Shown in pieces: positions 37,213 through 47,032 of a stretch of 64,000 bases of DNA. Source of the DNA: Oscillospiraceae bacterium. Lineage in GTDB: Bacteria > Bacillota > Clostridia > Oscillospirales > Acutalibacteraceae. The position numbers and the translations under genes are program-made. The notes beneath the pieces are model-generated. The model had not been told where the DNA came from and did not search any database. It saw nothing but the letters and a program-made list of their open reading frames with translations. Position 1 is the stretch's first letter, and every line of letters starts with the position of its first letter. The DNA lies in contig CADBNN010000020.1 in assembly GCA_902796075.1 (NCBI GenBank), positions 4,258 to 68,257 on the forward strand. The letters are read 5' to 3'.

Positions 37213-39468
37213 ATGAGACGAGCCATTGCTATGCTTTTATTTGTGCTGCTGGTTTTGGGCGCGGGCGTTGTGCCGGCCGCCGCGGCGGAAAGCGACGATC
37301 CCTACGGCGTGACGCGCGCGTTATACGGCGACGTGAACCTGGACCGGAAAATCGACGCGGCCGACGCGCTGGCAATTTTGAAAGCCGCCGTAGCCAAAAC
37401 GGTATTGAACGAACTGCAGGCGGTCGTTGCCAACGTGAACGCGGACAACAGCATAAACGCCGTGGACGCCTTGCTGGTGCTGCAGTTTGCGGTGCATAAA
37501 CTCACCGAACTGCCGGCCGGCGTGTTATATGAGATCAAACCGCAATCCAACGACCCCATCGTCCGTTTTGATAAAACCAATTCGGTCAACGGCGCTTACG
37601 TGCCCGACCTTACGGCCGATACCTCTTTCCACGCGGATTTGAGCAGTTTGCCGGCCCACACGCTGTACCGCATCGGCTTAAACGCCATTTCGGGCGACAA
37701 GGACAAAGCCCGCCTGCTTTACAGCCTGCAGGGGCTTGTCAACCGGGATTTCGGCATGGACGACGACCACACCGTGCTGATGTACGTGGTGGGAGACGGC
37801 TCCGACGCCGACTGGCTCAAGGTCATTACCGAAGAAGGCACCATCGCCGCCGAACTGACGCCGGTGACCATTACCAAGTGGGACGATTTTATGGCCACCT
37901 TCGGCGACGTGATCCGCGCCTGCGGGATCATCGCCTGGGACGGTAACGTGCCCGCCACCGCTAACGTGGCCGCCACCATTTGCGGGTTAGACGGATATTT
38001 GCCCGTGCTGTACGGCTGTCCGCTGCACAGCGAACTGGTGGCCGCCAACGTGCCGGTGAAGCAGTCGCTTTCGGGCGTTTTCCGCAACGGTCGCAAGGGC
38101 CAGGCCATCAACGGCACCAGCCTCACCAGCACCGGCAGCGCCAAAAACGACGCCTATCTGTGGGCGCTGGAAAAATACTTCCCCCGGTGTTCTTCCACCT
38201 ATTTGGCTTACACGCTGGACGGCGCCATTTGCATTAAGGACTACGGCGATTTGTATGCCGATAACCCCATTGCGGTGGCCGGCGGCAACAACTGCCTGAC
38301 CAATATGGACTACTTTATTGCCCGGCGCTGCTTTGTTTACGATCTGGCCGTGTATAAGGGCGACGCCGCCTGCGACGACCCGGCCCAGCAAAACGGCCAG
38401 GCCAGCGTGGGGGAAGACAACCGCACCATGCTCAAGATCTTTGCCGCCCGGTTCAAACGGGCCAACGGCGCCTTTGGCCAACTGTTGGGCTTCCCGCCCT
38501 GGTGGGCCAAATACACCGCCTTCCACGATATGGGCAGCAAGGGCGAAGTGTGGAACGAATGGCTGTTTGCCGAATATATCACCTGCTACAACATGGCCAA
38601 AGAAGCCGACGCCCAGGCGCCCGCCAGCATGACCAACGGTTCGGTATATTACAAATACGTGCCCCACACCAAACAATATACCAACAACCACAACAAGCAG
38701 GACCTGGCCTTTAACAGCAACGTGTTCTATTACACGTTCTACGTGGGTGACTACGATTCTTCCGCCTGGATGAAACAGCACGTGCACACCATGTGGCTGA
38801 AAAACGGCGGCGACCGCCGGCGGGGCGCTTTGCCGCTCATGTGGTCCTTTAACCCCAACCTGTCTTACCGGGTGCCCATGATTTTTGATTACGTGTATGA
38901 ACACCGCACCGACAACGACTATTTCGCGGCCGGTGACGGCGGCGCCGGTTACGTGATGCCTTCGGCGCTGGTGCAGGGCACCGTTATGCCCAACATGGGC
39001 GAAGCCCGCCCGGTGGAAAACGGCGAAGCCGGCAATCTGTGGGCCGCCTATTCCAAGCCTTTCTACGACCGGTTCGATCTGGATATCACCGGCTTTATCA
39101 TCAACAGCGGCATTTCCGCAATGCCGGCCAACGTGGCGTCGTTTATGAACAAGATCTCCCCCGTGGGCAGTTTTATGAACAGCAGCGGCACCCGGCTGGG
39201 TCTGTATAACGGCACGCCTTACATCCATTGCTACAACCAGATCACCACCGGTCAAAGCGCCGCCATGTATTCTTACGCCACCAACACCATGCGCGGTTAC
39301 AACTTCGGCGCCTATCGCACCATTTGCCAGACGCCCACCCAAATGTATACCATTGTGAACGACTTTAACGCCTATGCCGCCGGCAAGGGCCTTACCACCC
39401 AATTCCTGGATCCTTACACCTATTTTGCCCTGGTGCGCAAATCGGGGCAGGGGACCCAGATACGCTGA
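37213..39468 (+). CDS. Paralog 2: secreted protein with an N-terminal signal peptide and type-I dockerin-like module, plus the conserved ~550-aa domain
   Basis: Start at ATG 37213 (GGAGGA RBS). Dockerin DVNLDRKIDAADALAILK / NVNADNSINAVDALLVLQFAV. Conserved motifs as in paralog 1. Confidence 0.75.
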   Translation: MRRAIAMLLFVLLVLGAGVVPAAAAESDDPYGVTRALYGDVNLDRKIDAADALAILKAAVAKTVLNELQAVVANVNADNSINAVDALLVLQFAVHKLTELPAGVLYEIKPQSNDPIVRFDKTNSVNGAYVPDLTADTSFHADLSSLPAHTLYRIGLNAISGDKDKARLLYSLQGLVNRDFGMDDDHTVLMYVVGDGSDADWLKVITEEGTIAAELTPVTITKWDDFMATFGDVIRACGIIAWDGNVPATANVAATICGLDGYLPVLYGCPLHSELVAANVPVKQSLSGVFRNGRKGQAINGTSLTSTGSAKNDAYLWALEKYFPRCSSTYLAYTLDGAICIKDYGDLYADNPIAVAGGNNCLTNMDYFIARRCFVYDLAVYKGDAACDDPAQQNGQASVGEDNRTMLKIFAARFKRANGAFGQLLGFPPWWAKYTAFHDMGSKGEVWNEWLFAEYITCYNMAKEADAQAPASMTNGSVYYKYVPHTKQYTNNHNKQDLAFNSNVFYYTFYVGDYDSSAWMKQHVHTMWLKNGGDRRRGALPLMWSFNPNLSYRVPMIFDYVYEHRTDNDYFAAGDGGAGYVMPSALVQGTVMPNMGEARPVENGEAGNLWAAYSKPFYDRFDLDITGFIINSGISAMPANVASFMNKISPVGSFMNSSGTRLGLYNGTPYIHCYNQITTGQSAAMYSYATNTMRGYNFGAYRTICQTPTQMYTIVNDFNAYAAGKGLTTQFLDPYTYFALVRKSGQGTQIR

Positions 39469-39486
39469 CAGTTTTTTATACGACCG

Positions 39487-39520
39487 CGACCGCTCTGCAC
39501 CGGCAGGGCGGTCGTTTTTT
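39487..39520 (+). terminator. Intrinsic terminator after paralog 2
   Basis: CGACCGC...GCGGTCG stem with an inner CTGC/GCAG stem, followed by TTTTTT. Confidence 0.5.
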
Positions 39521-39617
39521 GCCGCCGGGCGCTTTTTGTGAATGTTTGCTATTTGCCGCCCAAAAAAACTGTGAAAACTGTCCAAAATAAAAAGCGCAAT
39601 TTTGTGGCAAATATGTA

Positions 39618-39646
39618 TTGTTTAAACAGCGGGTTTGTTGTATAAT
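39618..39646 (+). promoter_or_regulatory. Putative promoter TTGTTT-17-TATAAT for paralog 3
   Basis: -35 at 39618-39623, -10 TATAAT at 39641-39646, about 90 nt upstream of ATG 39734. Confidence 0.45.
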
Positions 39647-39733
39647 AATAATGGCCGCTTGGGGCTTCCCGCGGCACAATGTTTTCAGCTCGTCCGGCCG
39701 GTTCCGGCGGGTCGCGCTATAGGAGTGAAGAGG

Positions 39734-42013
39734 ATGAAGAAATGTATTGCCGCCCTGTTGGCCGTACTGCTGATGCTGGGTATCGGGCTGTTGCCCGCCA
39801 CCGTGGCAGAAGAAGCGGACGATTACGGCGTTACCCGGGCAAAATATGGCGACGTGACATTGGATCAAACCATCAACGCCACCGATGCGCTGGCCATTTT
39901 ACAAAGTGCCGTTGCCAAACGGCAGCTGAACGAACTGCAAGCTATTGTGGCTAACGTGAACACCGATAACGACATTAACGCGGTAGACGCCCTTATGGTG
40001 CTGCAGTTTGCCGTGGGCAAGCTGGCCGCCTTCCCGGCCGGCGAGGAGTATTCCGCTAAGCCGCCCGTGCCCAGTGACCCGATTTTGGCGTTTGATAAAA
40101 CCAATTCGGTCAACGGCGCCTATGAAGCGGACGAAACGGCCGACACCGGCTTTTCGGTGGACATCAGTTCGCTGCAGGACCACACCATCTACCGGCTCAG
40201 CCCTGCCGTACTCAACAGCAACTATGACGCCGCCCGTTTGGTTTACAGCCTGCAAGGCCTCATCAACCGGGATTTTGGTATGGACGAAAATCATACTTCG
40301 CTGGTGTACATAGTATCGGAAGCGTCGGATACCGCATGGCTGACGCAGATCACCGGCGAAAGCGACATTATGCATGGCCTGGCCAACGCTACCGTTAAAA
40401 CGTTCGACGACTTTTTGGAACAGTTTGGCGAAGTCATCAAATCCTGCGGTCTGGTGCTGTGGGACGGTAACGTGCCCGCCACCGCCAATGTGGCCGCCAC
40501 CATTTGCGGGTTAGACGGCTATTTGCCCGTGCTGGCCGAAAGCCCCCTGCACACCCAACTGGTCGCCGCCGGGGTACCGGTCAAGCAAAGCCTGGTGGGC
40601 ATGTTTGAAAACGGCAAAAAAGGCCACAAGATCTACGGCACCAACTTGACCAGCACCGGCAGCGCCAAAAACGACGCCTATTTGTGGGCGCTGGAAAAAT
40701 ACTTTGCCCGCTGCTCTTCCACCTATCTTGCTTACACGCTGGACGGCGCTGTCTGCCTGAAGGGCTACACCGCCTATCCCAATCACCCCAACGCTTTGCT
40801 GGATACGTCGAGCATCAACTGCCTGTCTAACCACGATTACCTCATCGCCCGCCGCTGCTTCTTCTTCGATCTGGCGGTGTATAAGGGCGAAGCCGCTTGC
40901 GACGACCCCGCCCAAAAAGAGGGTCTGGCCAGCGCCGGGGAAGACCACAACACCATGGTGAAGATCTTCAACGCCCGGTATCAGCGCGCCGGCGGCGCCA
41001 TCGGTCAGCTCATGGGCTTCCCGCCCTGGTGGGTAAAATACACCAACCACCACAACCAGGGCGGCAAAGTGGGCACCTGGATCGAATGGCTGTTCAGCGA
41101 ATACATCACCTGCTACAACCTGGCCAAAGAAGCGGACGCCCAGGCGCCTGCCGCCATGACCAACGGTTCGGCATACTACAAATACGTGCCCCACAAGGCC
41201 CGGTATGAAGCCAACCATTCCAGACAAAACCTGACCTTTGACGCCAGCAAGGTGTATTACACCATTTACGTGGGCGACTACGATTCTTCCGCCTGGATGA
41301 AAATGCACGTGCATGCCATGTGGGTGAACCGCGGCGGCGATAAGAACCGGGGCAAGCTGCCGCTTATGTGGGCTTACAACCCCAACCTGTCTTACCGCGT
41401 GCCCATGATCTTTGATTACATTTACGAAAATCAAACCGGTAACGACTTCTTTGTTGCGGGCGACAGCGGCGCCGGTTACGTGATCCCCGCCGGCCTGTTC
41501 GGCGGCACCAACCTGAAGTATATGGGCGAAGCCCGGCCGGCCGCTTATCCCGACGCCGGTCAGCTGTGGGCCGATTACTGCAAGGCTTTCTATAAACGGT
41601 TTGATATCGACATCACCGGCTTCATCATCAACGGTGAAAATCCCCTCACCACCAAAATCGCCGCCTGCTACAACCAGTTCTCCACCGCCGGCAGCTTCCA
41701 CAACATGCCGGCCTACCGCCTGGGTCTGTATAACAGCGTGCCCTATGTTTACTGTGATAACGGTTGGGGCAACGAAACCAGCCATACCGACGCCGCGGCC
41801 GCCATGTACACCCGCGCCAAATCCACGCTGGGTGTTTACAAGCTGAACTTCATGGCTTCCCGCACCATTTGCTGGACGCCCACCAAGATCAAGAATCTGG
41901 TCAGTGCGTTTGAATCCTATGCGGCCGAACGCGACTTAACGGTAGAATACGTGGATCCCTACACCATGTTCGATTTGATCAAGCAATCGCAACAAGGTAC
42001 CACGATTCAATAA
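39734..42013 (+). CDS. Paralog 3: signal peptide, dockerin and conserved domain
   Basis: Start at ATG 39734 (GGAGTGAAGAGG RBS). Dockerin DVTLDQTINATDALAILQ / NVNTDNDINAVDALMVLQFAV. Confidence 0.75.
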   Translation: MKKCIAALLAVLLMLGIGLLPATVAEEADDYGVTRAKYGDVTLDQTINATDALAILQSAVAKRQLNELQAIVANVNTDNDINAVDALMVLQFAVGKLAAFPAGEEYSAKPPVPSDPILAFDKTNSVNGAYEADETADTGFSVDISSLQDHTIYRLSPAVLNSNYDAARLVYSLQGLINRDFGMDENHTSLVYIVSEASDTAWLTQITGESDIMHGLANATVKTFDDFLEQFGEVIKSCGLVLWDGNVPATANVAATICGLDGYLPVLAESPLHTQLVAAGVPVKQSLVGMFENGKKGHKIYGTNLTSTGSAKNDAYLWALEKYFARCSSTYLAYTLDGAVCLKGYTAYPNHPNALLDTSSINCLSNHDYLIARRCFFFDLAVYKGEAACDDPAQKEGLASAGEDHNTMVKIFNARYQRAGGAIGQLMGFPPWWVKYTNHHNQGGKVGTWIEWLFSEYITCYNLAKEADAQAPAAMTNGSAYYKYVPHKARYEANHSRQNLTFDASKVYYTIYVGDYDSSAWMKMHVHAMWVNRGGDKNRGKLPLMWAYNPNLSYRVPMIFDYIYENQTGNDFFVAGDSGAGYVIPAGLFGGTNLKYMGEARPAAYPDAGQLWADYCKAFYKRFDIDITGFIINGENPLTTKIAACYNQFSTAGSFHNMPAYRLGLYNSVPYVYCDNGWGNETSHTDAAAAMYTRAKSTLGVYKLNFMASRTICWTPTKIKNLVSAFESYAAERDLTVEYVDPYTMFDLIKQSQQGTTIQ

Positions 42014-42097
42014 TCAATAATCACAGTTTTGGCAAAAGGTAAGCCGGCAATACCGCTTACCTTTTGCCCGGTTTTTCAGCAAAGGATGTGACCCATT

Positions 42098-44512
42098 ATG
42101 AAACGTATGCTTTGTGTGCTGCTGGCACTGTTGCTGTGTGCGGCAGTGGCGTCTCCGGCCGCGGCCTGGATCGATCTTTCGGATACCGCCGGCGCTTACG
42201 GCGATTTGAACCAGGACTATATCGCGAACGCGGCTGACGCCCTCATGGCGCTTAAAAACGCGGTTGGCAAACTGAAGCTCACCGCCAAACAAGCCGCCGC
42301 GGCCGACGTGGACGGCAACCACACCATCAACGCTACCGACGCGTTGTATATCCTCAAATACGCTGTGAACAAGATCGACGCTTTCCCCGCCGGCGACGCG
42401 TATGATTCCTACGCCCTTTCACTGGACGGGTATGAAGACCCCAGCACGACCTATAAGCCCTACGAAAATGACTTTTTCTTTGATACTTCCAATTCCTTCA
42501 ACGGCGCTTATGCAACCGACACCACGGCCGATACCGGCTTTACCCTTACGGTAGAAGGCCTGGCGCCCAAAACCATTTACATGTACGGCGGCGCCGTTTA
42601 CACCAACGTGGATACCCAGCGTCTGGTAGTCAGCCTGCAGGGCCTGCTCAACCGGGATTTCGGCATGGATAACAACCACACCATGCTGCTGTATGCCATA
42701 ACCGACAATTCCGACAGCAACTGGCTCGACGAAATGCAAACCGAAGGTTCGGTGTTTGAAGGCTTTGCCATTCAGCGCATCAACACTTGGGAGCAGTTCT
42801 ATACCACCTTTGAAGCGCAAATCAAAGCCTGCGGCATGGTGCTGTGGGACGGCAACGTGCCCGCCACTTCCAACGTGGCCGCCACCATTTGCGGGTTAGA
42901 CGGCTATTTGCCCGTGTTGGACAAGAGCCCCCTGTATGATGAACTCGCCGCCAAAGGCGTGCCCACCAAACAGTCGTTAACGGGGCTGTTCCAAAACGGC
43001 CACAAGGGCGAAACCCTGGCCGGCACCAAGGTGGTCAGCACCGGCAGCGCCAAAAACGACGCCTACCGCTGGGCGATGGAAAAATACTTTGACCGCTGCA
43101 GCGCCAATTACCTGGCCTATATTCTGGACGGCGCCTGCACCGTGCGCGGTTACTCAGCTTATGATGATAACCCCGCGGCCTGGCAGCCCAATTCCCATTC
43201 TCACTGTTTGGCCAACCACGATTATCTGATCGCCCGCCGCTGTTTCTTCTTTGATCTGGATCCCTATGCCCGAGACAGCGCCTGCGACGATACCTCGCAA
43301 ATCGTGTATTATGATTTCACCTGCCCCAACGGCCACACCCATCAGTATCCTGAAGACGTAGCCGTGCAGGTGGACGATCCCGTTTGCCCCACCTGCGGCG
43401 CCACCGTGGTGATAGACGGCGAATGGCCGGAACCCCATTCCCAGGCCGACGTGGGCGTGGACAACGAAACCATGCTGATGCTGTTTGAACGGCGGTATCA
43501 ACGGGCCAACGGCGCCATTGGCCAGCTCATGGGCTTCCCGCCCTGGTGGCTGAAATACACCGAGTTTGACAACAAGGGCACCCGCCCCGCGACCTGGATC
43601 GAATGGCTGTTTACCGAATACGTTTCCTGCTATAACATGGCCAAAGAAGCGGACGCCGCCCAACCCAGCTCCATGTCCAACGGTTCGGCTTATTACAAAT
43701 TCGTGCCCCTGACCGATCAGTACGACAACAAGCTGGATGAATACGATCCCGGCCTGAAATTTGACGAAGATACCCTGTATTATACCATTTATGTGGGCGA
43801 CTACGATTCTTCCGCCTGGCTCAAAGCGCGGGTGAACGATTTCTGGATCAAAAACGACCGTACCCGCGGCCGTCTGCCCCTCACCTGGTGCTTCAATCCC
43901 AACCTGTCTAACCGGGTGCCGGTGATCTTCGATTACATTTATTCCAACAAGAAGAACAACGAGTTTATTGCCGCCGGCGACAGCGGCGCCGGTTATGTGA
44001 TCCCCGCCGGTTTGTTCGGCGATAACAAGCTGGCCTATGTGGGCGCCAAACGGCCCGAACAACTGGCCGACGGCGACGTAGCCTGGGCCGGTTATTGCCG
44101 CCGGTTCTATGAAATGTTTGATATGTCCGCCACCGGCTTTATCATCAACGGTTCCAACCCGGTCACTTCCAAAATTTTGGGTATGTACAACACCTTCTCC
44201 ACCAGCGGCGGTCTGCACAACGGCGGTTCCGCGCTCATGACCCAGTACAAGGGCGTGCCCTATATTTATTGCCAAAACGGCATTGGGACCGATACCAATA
44301 TGGCCACCATTTACAATCACGCTTTTGACCGCATGGCGGGTTATAACTTTGCCGCTTACCGCACCATTTGTCTGTCTCCCACCCAAATCGGGCAGATCGT
44401 GCAGCACTTTAACGCTTATGCTGCCGAAAAAGGCAAAAAAGTGCAGTATGTGGAACTGTATACGCTCCTGCGGCTGGCAAAAGAATCCAAACAAGGTTTT
44501 GTGATCGGCTAA
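42098..44512 (+). CDS. Paralog 4: signal peptide, dockerin and conserved domain, with a ~40-aa Cys/His (zinc-ribbon-like) insertion
   Basis: 804 aa. Dockerin DLNQDYIANAADALMALK / DVDGNHTINATDALYILKYAV. The insert is FTCPNGHTHQY..PVCPTCG. Confidence 0.75.
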   Translation: MKRMLCVLLALLLCAAVASPAAAWIDLSDTAGAYGDLNQDYIANAADALMALKNAVGKLKLTAKQAAAADVDGNHTINATDALYILKYAVNKIDAFPAGDAYDSYALSLDGYEDPSTTYKPYENDFFFDTSNSFNGAYATDTTADTGFTLTVEGLAPKTIYMYGGAVYTNVDTQRLVVSLQGLLNRDFGMDNNHTMLLYAITDNSDSNWLDEMQTEGSVFEGFAIQRINTWEQFYTTFEAQIKACGMVLWDGNVPATSNVAATICGLDGYLPVLDKSPLYDELAAKGVPTKQSLTGLFQNGHKGETLAGTKVVSTGSAKNDAYRWAMEKYFDRCSANYLAYILDGACTVRGYSAYDDNPAAWQPNSHSHCLANHDYLIARRCFFFDLDPYARDSACDDTSQIVYYDFTCPNGHTHQYPEDVAVQVDDPVCPTCGATVVIDGEWPEPHSQADVGVDNETMLMLFERRYQRANGAIGQLMGFPPWWLKYTEFDNKGTRPATWIEWLFTEYVSCYNMAKEADAAQPSSMSNGSAYYKFVPLTDQYDNKLDEYDPGLKFDEDTLYYTIYVGDYDSSAWLKARVNDFWIKNDRTRGRLPLTWCFNPNLSNRVPVIFDYIYSNKKNNEFIAAGDSGAGYVIPAGLFGDNKLAYVGAKRPEQLADGDVAWAGYCRRFYEMFDMSATGFIINGSNPVTSKILGMYNTFSTSGGLHNGGSALMTQYKGVPYIYCQNGIGTDTNMATIYNHAFDRMAGYNFAAYRTICLSPTQIGQIVQHFNAYAAEKGKKVQYVELYTLLRLAKESKQGFVIG

Positions 44513-44540
44513 ACGCCGAAACGGAAAAGAGGAAGATGTT

Positions 44541-46742
44541 ATGAAACGATGGACCGGCTGGCTGTTAGCGCTGGCCATGGTGCTTTCGCTGGCGGTAACG
44601 GCAGGCGCGCCTGCCGCGGCTGAAGTCGTTACCTATTATTACGGCGACGTGACCATGGATCAAGAGGTCAACGCAAGCGACGCGCTGGCGGTGTTAAAAG
44701 CCGCTGTGGGCAAACTCAATTTAAATGAAATCGAAAAAAAGGCGGCAGAAGTGAACGGCGATAACACCATTAACGCCGGCGACGCGCTGCTCATCCTGAA
44801 ATTCGCCGTGAAGAAGATCACCACCTTCCCGGTGGGACTTACCTTTACGGTAGGGGAAGACGATCCGGTGCCCGACGATAATTGGAATCCCCCCTTCGAC
44901 ACGACCAACGTGTACAACGGCGCTTATTCCGACGACGCCACAGCCGACACGTCCTTTGTGATGGACAACACCGGCCTTGCGGCAAAAACGGTGTACACCG
45001 TCAGCGGCAAGGCGTTGGGCGACTGGGATAAAACCCGCATGGGCGTGGCTCTGCAGGGCCTTATTAACCGGGATTTCGGCCGGGACGCCGACCACACCAG
45101 CCTGGTGTATCTGGTAAGCGACGATTCCGACAGCGCCTGGCTCACCGAATTGCTGGCCTCTCCCGCCTTTAAGGGCTATACCCGCGTAGCGGTTGCCACA
45201 TGGGATAAGTATTTGGAAGTGTTCGCCAACCAGCTTAAGTATTGCGGCATGGTGCTGTGGGATCCCGAAGTGGGCGCCACCGCCAACGTGGCGGCCACCA
45301 TTTGCGGGGTAGACGGCTTTTTGCCCGTGCTGGGCGGCAGCGCGCTGCAAACCGAACTGGAAAACGCCGGCGTAGAGGTCAAGCAGTCGCTGGTGGACAT
45401 GTTCACGGATGATATCGAGTATTTGCCCGGCACCAATGTGGAAACCACCTTCAGCACCAAAAACGACGCCTATCGCTGGGCGATGGAAAAGTATTTTGAC
45501 CGCTGCTCTTCCTTCTACATCGCCTACACGCTGGACGGCGCCGCTACCCTGGACGGCAGCCCCTTTAAAACCTCCAGCCACTGTTTGCATAACCACGATT
45601 ATCTCATCGCCCGGCGGTGCTTCTTCTTCGATTTAGACCCCGTGATCGGCGAAGCGGCCTGCGACGATCCCAACCAAACCCCCGGTTTAGACAGTGAAAC
45701 CCTGCGTATGCTGTTCCAGCGGCGGTACGACCGGGCCAACGGCACCATCGGCATGGCCATGGGCTTCCCGCCCTGGTGGGCCAAATACACCGCCGAACAC
45801 GGCGGCGGCCGGCTGTCCGGCGGCGCGCTGGAACCCTATTATTCTGAAGTGGTCACCTGGTATAATCTGGCTATGGAAGCGGACGCCGCCCAACCCGCCG
45901 CTATGACCAACGGTTCGGTTTACTACAAATTCGTGCCCTCTCAGGCCACTTATAAGAATAATCAACCCGACAATTCTGTGAAGTATGATAAAAATACGTA
46001 CTATTTCACCGTGTATGTGGGCGACTACGATTCTTCCGCCTGGATGAAGAAATATGCCTTCACCATGTGGCTCAGCCGTGGCGGCGACAAGGCCCGCGGC
46101 AAACTGCCGCTTATGTGGGGTTATAATCCCAATTTGTCTTACCGCATTCCGCTGGTGTTCGATTACGTGCGCACCCATGCTTCGGCTAACGATTACTTTG
46201 TGGCCGGCAACAGCGGCGCCGGGTATGTGATCCCCTCCGCCTTGCTGCCCAACACGCCCATGAGCGCCACCGGCATGGCGCGGCCCGCCTCCACCGGCAA
46301 CGGGGAAGACCAGTGGGTGAAATATTGCAAGGCGTTTTATGATCGGTTCGATATCAGCATCACCGGCTTTATCATCAACAACGGCCGGTTTGACGCGCCG
46401 GTCATGAAGATGTACAACCGCATTTCGCCCGTCGGCTCGCTGTATTACAACGGCAACGATGATCAGCTCATCATCCGCAACGGCGTGCCTTATCTGCGAT
46501 GCCGCATCGGCGTGGGCAAAGACAACCCCTCGTATCTGTACAGTTGGGCCACGTCGGGTATGAAAGGCTATCATTTTGCCGGCTATCGCACCGTGTCCTG
46601 GACGCCTACCGAAATCAAAGCCAATGTGGACGCGTATATCGAATACGCCGCCGGTCAGGGCAAAACCATGCAATATGTGGATATGTACACCCTGTTCCGT
46701 CTTATCCGCGAATCGGGCGAAGGCGTCGTGCTCAACGACTGA
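44541..46742 (+). CDS. Paralog 5: signal peptide, dockerin and conserved domain
   Basis: 733 aa. RBS AAGAGGAAG. Dockerin DVTMDQEVNASDALAVLK / EVNGDNTINAGDALLILKFAV. Confidence 0.75.
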   Translation: MKRWTGWLLALAMVLSLAVTAGAPAAAEVVTYYYGDVTMDQEVNASDALAVLKAAVGKLNLNEIEKKAAEVNGDNTINAGDALLILKFAVKKITTFPVGLTFTVGEDDPVPDDNWNPPFDTTNVYNGAYSDDATADTSFVMDNTGLAAKTVYTVSGKALGDWDKTRMGVALQGLINRDFGRDADHTSLVYLVSDDSDSAWLTELLASPAFKGYTRVAVATWDKYLEVFANQLKYCGMVLWDPEVGATANVAATICGVDGFLPVLGGSALQTELENAGVEVKQSLVDMFTDDIEYLPGTNVETTFSTKNDAYRWAMEKYFDRCSSFYIAYTLDGAATLDGSPFKTSSHCLHNHDYLIARRCFFFDLDPVIGEAACDDPNQTPGLDSETLRMLFQRRYDRANGTIGMAMGFPPWWAKYTAEHGGGRLSGGALEPYYSEVVTWYNLAMEADAAQPAAMTNGSVYYKFVPSQATYKNNQPDNSVKYDKNTYYFTVYVGDYDSSAWMKKYAFTMWLSRGGDKARGKLPLMWGYNPNLSYRIPLVFDYVRTHASANDYFVAGNSGAGYVIPSALLPNTPMSATGMARPASTGNGEDQWVKYCKAFYDRFDISITGFIINNGRFDAPVMKMYNRISPVGSLYYNGNDDQLIIRNGVPYLRCRIGVGKDNPSYLYSWATSGMKGYHFAGYRTVSWTPTEIKANVDAYIEYAAGQGKTMQYVDMYTLFRLIRESGEGVVLND

Positions 46743-46762
46743 TCGCCCAACCAACACACCCG

Positions 46763-46801
46763 CATGGATCGAAGTTCGCTTCGGTCCATGCGTTTTTTTG
46801 C
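46763..46801 (+). terminator. Strong rho-independent terminator ending the paralog array
   Basis: CGCATGGATCGAAG-TTCG-CTTCGGTCCATGCG is a 14-bp stem with one mismatch, followed by TTTTTTT. Confidence 0.7.
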
Positions 46802-46821
46802 CGAAAAACGGAATTTATGGT

Positions 46822-46850
46822 TGCAAACGGGCGCCGCATCTTGTATAATG
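46822..46850 (+). promoter_or_regulatory. Consensus sigma-A promoter TTGCAA-17-TATAAT driving the ECF/DUF4430 operon through a ~180-nt leader
   Basis: -35 at 46822-46827, -10 at 46845-46850. Confidence 0.6.
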
Positions 46851-46979
46851 AACAAAATAAAATACTTCACGGCGTGTTGTCAGATGAGTCTTGTATGTTT
46901 TTTCGGTTCAAATCCGAAGCAGCTGCCGTTTTTGTTGGCCGCATTGCGCGCCGGCAAAAATGTTGCTTGCATACTGTTA

Positions 46980-47013
46980 CCCCTCGTGACCGCGCGTCGC
47001 GAGGGGTTTTGTT
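46980..47013 (+). terminator. Leader-region intrinsic terminator/attenuator hairpin (possible expression platform of an unidentified riboswitch or attenuator)
   Basis: CCCCTCGTGAC-CGCGC-GTCGCGAGGGG is an 11-bp stem with one mismatch, followed by TTTTGTT. It lies 20 nt upstream of the GTG start at 47033. Confidence 0.45.
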
Positions 47014-47032
47014 ACAGAAAGGATGATCGATT

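Noticed and set aside
37987-46757. Long minus-strand ORFs (532, 424, 474, 356 aa) across the paralog array
   Set aside because: Each is antisense to a paralog with strong homology-based support. They have Gly/His/Val-rich composition and no RBSs.
46902-46918. tRNA T-arm-like hairpin TTCGG-TTCAAAT-CCGAA (GGTTCAAATCC) in the ECF operon leader
   Set aside because: No complementary acceptor stem, no CCA/discriminator context and no D or anticodon arms within 80 nt upstream. It is more likely a leader hairpin than a tRNA or tRNA fragment.
46851-47032. Cobalamin riboswitch expected upstream of a transcobalamin-like/ECF operon
   Set aside because: No B12-box (GCCACTG / AGYCMGGAGACCKGCC) or GGTGC...AGGGAA core could be found by eye. 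I kept it only as an unclassified structured leader.
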